From NCBI GenBank assembly GCA_016930085.1, contig JAFGHO010000057.1, forward strand, positions 3,233 through 67,232: a stretch of DNA of 64,000 bases, written 5' to 3'. The notes under the pieces are model-generated. The model saw nothing but the letters and a program-made list of their open reading frames with translations. It ran no database searches and was not told where the DNA came from. Source of the DNA: Spirochaetales bacterium (GTDB lineage Bacteria; Spirochaetota; Spirochaetia; SZUA-6; JAFGRV01). Below are positions 58,102-64,000 of this stretch, in pieces (within the stretch, counting starts at the first letter, position 1; each line of letters starts with the position of its first letter). Both the position numbers and the translations under genes were made by a program.

Positions 58102-58434
58102 ATGCCAGCGAAATCATTAAAGCAATTGATGGCGACATTGAAACGGAAACAGCAAAAAATAAAAAATCTGACGGTGCAACTGAAGACGGAAAACACGGCG
58201 GCGGCCAAACTAAAAAAAGAAATCGATGCGTTGAAGGCGAAAGCCGCAACGGTAAAAAAGAATCCGGCAACCGGGAAAAGCGCGTCCGCTTCCTCCTCCA
58301 AAAGCAAGGGAGGTAAAAAGAGCGGGAGTAAGGGAACAACGGCGAAGACCTCTCAGGCCGGGAAGACGACGAAAAAAAGACCGGCAAGAAAGTCGACGAG
58401 AAAGACAAAAGATAGCAATTTTACCATTTCGTAA
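58102..58434 (+). CDS. histone H1-like basic Lys/Ala-rich protein
   Basis: 110 aa, strongly basic (KKxxAKK repeats, AKAATVKKNPATGK). SD AAAGGAG 7 nt upstream. Confidence 0.5.
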   Translation: MPAKSLKQLMATLKRKQQKIKNLTVQLKTENTAAAKLKKEIDALKAKAATVKKNPATGKSASASSSKSKGGKKSGSKGTTAKTSQAGKTTKKRPARKSTRKTKDSNFTIS

Positions 58435-58525
58435 TACGCGCTTTACGCGGTAACACATTGGTGGAAACGCCGATGATGGCGCGGGTAATGAAAAATTACC
58501 ATTAATTCAAATGACAGGCGGACGA

Positions 58526-60886
58526 TTATTGCGGGAGGAGGTAATGTTTTTCTATGAAAAGGGTCAGACAGGCGGCAACGACATCTTTATCATAGAGTAC
58601 TCCCGCATACCGCTTTATTTCTTCTAAAGCCGTCTCCAGCCCCAGCGCGGAGCGGTAAGGCCGGTGTGATGCCATCGCAACGACAACATCTGCAACACTT
58701 ATGATGCGTGCCTCGAGTATGATATCTTTACCCGTCAAGCCGTGAGGATACCCGGAACCGTCCAGGCGTTCGTGGTGCTGGAGGACGATTTCAGCAACGG
58801 GCCACGGGAAATCGATGGGTTGCAGAATTTCATAGGCGACCTGGGGATGAACTTTGATGAGATTGAACTCGATGTCCCTGAGTTTTCCGGGTTTGTTTAG
58901 AATTTCGGCGGGGACATAAATTTTCCCCAGATCGTGCACGGATGCGGCAACCCGTATCCCTTCTATTATTTCTTTTGACAATCCCATTTCCGTGGCAATC
59001 GCCCGTGCGAGATCCGCGACCTGCTCATGGTGATGAGCGGTATAGGGGTCCCGTGCTTCGACCGACCGCCGGATTGTCTCGACAAAAGCACGGATTATTT
59101 TTCTTAATTCTTCAAGACTCTTATTCAGGTGTTCCGATTCCGACAGCAGATGATTCTTTTGCCGCTTTACCTGTTCATAAAGGATCATCCCCTGCAGGGC
59201 GCTCGAAATGATTCTGCGCAATATACCGTATATATTCGTCGAGAGGGGGCCGGGTTCGAAAATAATGTATCCCATTTGATCGAAATGCCAGAGTGCTTCG
59301 ATAATCATTACATGATTGTCCTTTTGAGCAAAAATTTGCGGAGGGAGAAGCAGGTGGGAGGGGAACAATGATTGACCGTTATCGAGATCGAGTGACTTGT
59401 CGCCGGTATAAGCAAAAACGAGCCGTGAATTCTTTTCATTGTCGCCCTCCGTTTCCAGAAACCGGACAAGGTAACAGCTTTTTATTCCGAGACCGGGAAG
59501 CCTTTCCAGTATCATCTCCATAAGCTGTTCTTCACTCAGCGATAGTATTATTTCATCCCGGAATCTGTTGATAGTCGAATTTTCCTCGTGGGATTCGTAG
59601 TATTTCTTCTTTTCGAAAAATACGGCATGATTTACTATGAGAATCCGCATCTGATGAAAGACGTTTTCGATGAGGTGAAGGGAATCGCCTTTCATGAAAT
59701 AGGGGAGGAGAGCTTCGCGTACCACGGAGAGGAGGAGATGACATAACATGACCGTTCCACCTTTTTTGAAAATTTCCACCAGCGAGGAATTCCATACTTT
59801 CAGGGTTTTTTTGTCAGAATTGGCGGTTATCCAGCGTTCAAAGGCATCGAGAAGGTTATCGATGACGGCGTCCGGTATAACGGGTGATTCGGTTGTTGCT
59901 GCTTTTTCGACTGCCTGCATAATGTATTTTTTTATCTTTCCCCGTTCTTTTTTGATTCCCGCAGCATGCGGGATCGTATGTCCGGCATGGGGAATGGTCG
60001 AAAAGTCAATGACAGACCGGTTGAAACAACTGCACGATTCACGAATGACGAGGGTTGTCGGGATCATTATTTTATCGGGAACTTCTTTTCCATCGATCAT
60101 ATCAATCAACATCTCGACGGCTTTCGCCCCCTGTTCATAGAGTGACTGGTTTACCGTCGTCAGGGGAGTGCAGGACCATTTACTGCCTTGAAGATCGTCG
60201 AATCCCGTCAGCGCGATCTCCCACGGAACGTTCTTGCCGAGTTTCGAGAGTTTGTCGAGGGCGCCGATTGCCATATTGTCGTTTGCCGCAACGATCGCTT
60301 CGACATCGACTTTTCTGACTTCGAAAAGTTCGCAAATCGCCCGGTATCCGGATTCCTCTCTGAAATCCCCTTGGATAATCGACTTTTTTTCCGGAATAAT
60401 GTCGTGTATGGCGAGTGTGTCGAAAAAAACGGCGCGGCGTTCTTCCGCATCCCTGTTTTTTTCAGGACCGTCGATATAGGCAAATTTTCTGAAACCATGG
60501 ATTTCGACAAGGTGTTCGACCAGGGCTTTCATACCGTATTTATTGTCGATTAAAAGCGACGGTATCCCTTCAAGGTCGACCGTGAGACTGACAAGAGGAA
60601 GGGGATGAAATTGACTGCAGAAGGATGTGATTCGATCGACATTTGTTTCCCGGAAAAGCGAGTTCGAAAGAACAATGAGTCCGTCGACATTAGACGGTGT
60701 CGCCCAGTCATAGATGAAATTTCTTTGTATTTCAAACGTTAATTGGGATTCAATCACCCCCCCCTCGAAACAGATCAGGCGGCTGTTATGCTCTTTGATG
60801 GCGGCGGCCATACCCTCAAGGATCGTGTTCTGGTACTCATCTTCAAGCCAATCGACAAGAAAGCCAATTGTTCTGCTAGAGTTCAT
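58526..60886 (-). CDS. c-di-GMP phosphodiesterase, HD-GYP domain, with N-terminal periplasmic-binding-protein-type (PBP1/LacI-ligand-like) sensor domain
   Basis: C-terminal HD-GYP signature HHEQVADLA...HDLGK...HHERLDGSGYP...DVVVAMASHRPY. The N-terminal roughly 300 aa have a sugar-binding PBP type-1 pattern (TIGFLVDWLEDEYQ..., ANDNMAIGAL). No TM helix. Confidence 0.8.
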   Translation of the reverse strand: MNSSRTIGFLVDWLEDEYQNTILEGMAAAIKEHNSRLICFEGGVIESQLTFEIQRNFIYDWATPSNVDGLIVLSNSLFRETNVDRITSFCSQFHPLPLVSLTVDLEGIPSLLIDNKYGMKALVEHLVEIHGFRKFAYIDGPEKNRDAEERRAVFFDTLAIHDIIPEKKSIIQGDFREESGYRAICELFEVRKVDVEAIVAANDNMAIGALDKLSKLGKNVPWEIALTGFDDLQGSKWSCTPLTTVNQSLYEQGAKAVEMLIDMIDGKEVPDKIMIPTTLVIRESCSCFNRSVIDFSTIPHAGHTIPHAAGIKKERGKIKKYIMQAVEKAATTESPVIPDAVIDNLLDAFERWITANSDKKTLKVWNSSLVEIFKKGGTVMLCHLLLSVVREALLPYFMKGDSLHLIENVFHQMRILIVNHAVFFEKKKYYESHEENSTINRFRDEIILSLSEEQLMEMILERLPGLGIKSCYLVRFLETEGDNEKNSRLVFAYTGDKSLDLDNGQSLFPSHLLLPPQIFAQKDNHVMIIEALWHFDQMGYIIFEPGPLSTNIYGILRRIISSALQGMILYEQVKRQKNHLLSESEHLNKSLEELRKIIRAFVETIRRSVEARDPYTAHHHEQVADLARAIATEMGLSKEIIEGIRVAASVHDLGKIYVPAEILNKPGKLRDIEFNLIKVHPQVAYEILQPIDFPWPVAEIVLQHHERLDGSGYPHGLTGKDIILEARIISVADVVVAMASHRPYRSALGLETALEEIKRYAGVLYDKDVVAACLTLFIEKHYLLPQ

Positions 60887-61140
60887 TACTTCCTCACTGC
60901 TTATACTATAAGGGATGCGGATTTAATCGTCAAATATGAAATACACAAATCGCGGATTTTTATTCCCGTCCCGATCGTATGCCGGGGTTCGTGAATCTCC
61001 GTAACCGTTTTTTAACAATGAAGGCACTCGTATCTTTGATCACAACGGTTTTTCTTGACATCACGCTAAAATAAGAATAAAATGAATTAAAAAAATACAA
61101 AACACGGCTTCTTTAAAGCCGGCGGAGAGGGGAAATACCA

Positions 61141-62757
61141 ATGAAAAAAACAATAAACGCCGTCGCTGCAGGTCTTTTTTTTCTTTTTACACTCAATCTT
61201 TTCGGCGAACCCGTCCTGATACCGGTTGGAGAACAGTTCAGGGATACAAGCGGTAATCTCCTGCATGCGCACGGGGGAGGCGTTTGCAAATACAATGGTT
61301 ATTACTACTGGTTCGGTGAAAATCGTGAAGGAGATCTCCTCGTTTCCTGCTACCGGTCGTCGAATTTCAAGGATTGGGAGTTTCGAAACCATGTCCTTCG
61401 CCGCTCTTCTCATTCCGAACTCTCCGACGCGAATATCGAACGTCCGAAAGTCATTTACAATCCGCAGACGGGAAAGTTTATCATGTGGATGCACAAGGAA
61501 CTCAGGTCGGATTACAGCCAGGCACGGGCGGCCATTGCCGTTTGCGACACGATAGACGGCAATTATTCATGGCAGCGGAGTTTTCGGCCCCTCAATCATA
61601 TGTCGAGGGATTGCACCCTTTTTGTCGATGACGACGGGAGGGCCTACTTTATATCGGCGGCAAACGAGAATTACGATCTCCATATCTATCGTCTTACTTC
61701 CGATTTTCTCGATATCGACGCACTTATCTATAATTTCGACGGCGATCATCGTGAAGCGCCGGCCATTTTCAAAAACAATGGAAGATACTATCTCGTCACC
61801 TCGGGCGCGACGGGCTGGGATCCCAACCAGGGTAAATACTCGACCGCAACGAGTCTTTCGGGGTCTTGGTCGGGCTGGCAGAATTTCGGTAACGGAACAA
61901 CCTTTGATTCACAATCGACCTATATTCAGCCGGTTCAGGGCTCGCAAAAGACCTCATACCTTTACATGGGGGACAGATGGGCCGGTGCGTGGGACGGTCC
62001 GGTCAATGACTCCCGGTATGTCTGGCTTCCCGTTACGATAAACGCTTCCAATCAGATTTCCATTACCTATTCGGATACGATCTCAATCGATACGGAGACC
62101 GGTATCGTCACCAATGGCCAGGTTATCGTCGATCCCGACAATATCGCATACGGAAAACCGGCTTCGGCATCGAGTGAAGAGCCGGGGAACGGGGCGGCGA
62201 ACGGTAATGACGGATCGACCGGTACCCGCTGGTGCGCGAATGACGGGAATACGGGACACTGGTGGAAGGTCGATTTGGAGCAGGAGTATACCGTTACGGA
62301 AGTGGGAGTCCATTTTGAGTTTCCCGATTCATACCAGTACACGATCGAAGGCTCGACAAACAACAGCAGCTTCACTATGTTGTACGACGGCAGAAACGCC
62401 GGGGGAACGGCTCAACAACGGACTCATTCCGTCAACGGAAGGGCCCGGTATGTGCGTATTACTTATACCGGCCTGGCTTCCGGACGCTGGGCGTCCCACT
62501 ACGAGTTTTCCGTAAAAGGATCGACGTCACAATCGACACCGGATCCGACACCGGCCGGGGCGATCGGGGACGTCAACGGCGATAACGCCGTCAATATCGT
62601 CGATGCCCTCCTTGTCGCGCAATATTATGTGGGACTCAATCCTTCGGGATTCGATCAAAACCGCGCTGATGCAAATTGCAGCGGAACGATCGATATCGTC
62701 GATGCCCTCGTGATCGCACAATATTATGTCGGACTGATAACCGGATTTTGTCTGTGA
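61141..62757 (+). CDS. GH43-family glycoside hydrolase with F5/8 type C (CBM32-like) domain and C-terminal type-I dockerin
   Basis: Signal peptide. Five-bladed-propeller GH43-like block (HAHGGGVCKYNGYYYWFGENR, DDDGRAYF, GRYYLVTSG). Discoidin-like WCANDGNTGHWWKVDL. Dockerin DVNGDNAVNIVDAL / DANCSGTIDIVDAL. Confidence 0.75.
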   Translation: MKKTINAVAAGLFFLFTLNLFGEPVLIPVGEQFRDTSGNLLHAHGGGVCKYNGYYYWFGENREGDLLVSCYRSSNFKDWEFRNHVLRRSSHSELSDANIERPKVIYNPQTGKFIMWMHKELRSDYSQARAAIAVCDTIDGNYSWQRSFRPLNHMSRDCTLFVDDDGRAYFISAANENYDLHIYRLTSDFLDIDALIYNFDGDHREAPAIFKNNGRYYLVTSGATGWDPNQGKYSTATSLSGSWSGWQNFGNGTTFDSQSTYIQPVQGSQKTSYLYMGDRWAGAWDGPVNDSRYVWLPVTINASNQISITYSDTISIDTETGIVTNGQVIVDPDNIAYGKPASASSEEPGNGAANGNDGSTGTRWCANDGNTGHWWKVDLEQEYTVTEVGVHFEFPDSYQYTIEGSTNNSSFTMLYDGRNAGGTAQQRTHSVNGRARYVRITYTGLASGRWASHYEFSVKGSTSQSTPDPTPAGAIGDVNGDNAVNIVDALLVAQYYVGLNPSGFDQNRADANCSGTIDIVDALVIAQYYVGLITGFCL

Positions 62758-62802
62758 GATTTACTTCGTAAGCGGTACCGGCCGCGACATAATATCGGTA
62801 TT

Positions 62803-64000
62803 TTATGTCTTGAACTGGTCGATCTCGTTGTTGAGAAGTTCGACCGTGTCCTTGAGTTTGGTACTGAGATTGGTCATCGAGGTCATGGACGTTGAAATCG
62901 TATGCAATGCTTCGTTGATATCGCCGGTCATCGAGATCATCTTCTGCGACATGGTACTGATGTTGTCAATAACGGAGGTAATCTGCTCGGCACCGCTTTT
63001 CATGCCGGAGGAACCCTCCCTGACGATCGTCGAGATATCGTTTAGGGTTACCATGGTTTGTTTGATCTGGTTCCCTCCGGATGCAAGCCGCTCCGCACTC
63101 GTATTGACCTTTCCAAAGGCCTTTTCAATGCCCGAAATCCCCTTGCGTATTTCCTGGAACGTGATACTGCTTTCCCTGTAGACCAATGAGGCTTCCTTGA
63201 TCGAATCGACGACGCTCCTGAGTGTGGAGGATATGACATTTGCGTTCTTTCCCGTCGATTCGGCGAGTTTTCGGATCTGGCCGGCGACAACGGCAAAACC
63301 TTTCCCGGCCGCTCCCGCATGTGCCGCTTCGATCGATGCGTTCATGGAAAGCAGCCCCGTTTTATCCACGATATTGTTGATGAGATTGATCACCCCAAGC
63401 AAGCCGTCGACCTGCTCCGCGATATCGTCGATAATGGCCGTTGTTTTTTGAAGCCGTTCGTTTCCGTTTCGGATAACGTCCACCAGGCGCTGCATGTCGG
63501 ACTGTTCCTGCTGGGTTATCGTGACCACCTCCGTTATCAATGCTTCCATCGACGCCACCGATTCGTTCGATTGACTGACGGACTGCATCTGAAGGCTGAT
63601 CTGGCGGTCCAGTTCCTCGATGTTTTTAGTAATTCCCGAAATAACGTCGATTGAATGGGAAATCTGGCTGTCGAGGTCCTTGACGACGTTGTTGATGTTT
63701 TCACTGTTTCCCGATATGCCGGTAAGCACTTCACCCACATCGGTCGCGCACTTGAAAAGGTTTTCCTTGATATTCATATTCACGTCGGAGGTGGATTTGA
63801 TTTTCATGACGATCGATTTGATTTTTTCGATAAACCGGTTGAAGTCGATGGCCAGCATTCCCATTTCGTCCCTTGAGGTTATTTCGATTTTTCTCCTCAG
63901 GTCGCCTTCTCCGTCGGCAAGGGCGGTAACGGAGTTCTTTAAATGTGAAAGCGATATGCGAAACCGGATGAGGATAAAAAGCGACACGATGAAACTCACG
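62803..64000 (-). CDS. methyl-accepting chemotaxis protein (partial; N-terminus beyond window edge)
   Basis: HAMP followed by the MCP signalling domain with highly conserved SMNASIEAAHAGAAGKGFAVVAGQIRKLAE. The ORF runs off the window end with no start codon. Confidence 0.85.
   Translation of the reverse strand, partial: VSFIVSLFILIRFRISLSHLKNSVTALADGEGDLRRKIEITSRDEMGMLAIDFNRFIEKIKSIVMKIKSTSDVNMNIKENLFKCATDVGEVLTGISGNSENINNVVKDLDSQISHSIDVISGITKNIEELDRQISLQMQSVSQSNESVASMEALITEVVTITQQEQSDMQRLVDVIRNGNERLQKTTAIIDDIAEQVDGLLGVINLINNIVDKTGLLSMNASIEAAHAGAAGKGFAVVAGQIRKLAESTGKNANVISSTLRSVVDSIKEASLVYRESSITFQEIRKGISGIEKAFGKVNTSAERLASGGNQIKQTMVTLNDISTIVREGSSGMKSGAEQITSVIDNISTMSQKMISMTGDINEALHTISTSMTSMTNLSTKLKDTVELLNNEIDQFKT

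Noticed and set aside
1-64000. CRISPR arrays, integrases, transposases, phage structural genes, toxin-antitoxin pairs
   Set aside because: No direct-repeat/spacer periodicity is visible by eye. No ORF has recombinase, transposase or phage hallmark motifs. The window looks like core/accessory metabolic and signalling DNA rather than a mobile element.

Overview
Window from a diderm, probably anaerobic, polysaccharide-degrading bacterium, about 50% GC (phylum not assignable from this window). The diderm call rests on LspA, a LolA-like sorting protein, a beta-barrel OMP and dockerin-bearing glycoside hydrolases. Nearly the whole window is protein-coding and no rRNA, tRNA, CRISPR array, integrase or transposase was recognised. 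Gene content in order: (1) dnaE and an FAD-dependent dehydrogenase. (2) A compact minus-strand operon of a small protein, a protein with PIN-like and PilZ-like motifs, a TPR-like protein and a site-2 protease. (3) lspA. (4) An orphan pair of sugar ABC permeases flanked by uncharacterised secreted proteins. (5) An array of four large hybrid sensor histidine kinases, of which three share a recently duplicated HisKA-HATPase-REC module and one carries an Asp-to-Asn pseudo-receiver. No HPt or output response regulator is present. (6) A cofactor block: pncB, nadE, a fucose-1-P-guanylyltransferase-like nucleotidyltransferase, and an unusual trifunctional CoaD-CoaE-HD-like fusion apparently coupled to a GlpA-like FAD oxidoreductase / pyridine-nucleotide oxidoreductase / DUF1667 trio. 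(7) A long minus-strand sugar-utilisation operon: HAD phosphatase, beta-phosphoglucomutase fused to a GH65 phosphorylase, two small proteins, SBP and two permeases. (8) A five-gene envelope export module: LolA-like, two FtsX permeases, ABC ATPase and an OMP. (9) manA, a TPR lipoprotein and a P-loop/Asp23-like fusion. (10) A GH9 N-terminal remnant, then a GH9-PA14-dockerin cellulase, a histone-H1-like basic protein, a PBP1-sensor HD-GYP c-di-GMP phosphodiesterase, a GH43-CBM32-dockerin enzyme and a partial MCP. The most unusual items are the CoaD-CoaE-HD fusion, the PIN-like/PilZ-TPR-S2P operon, the hybrid-kinase array with its pseudo-receiver, and dockerin enzymes in a diderm.
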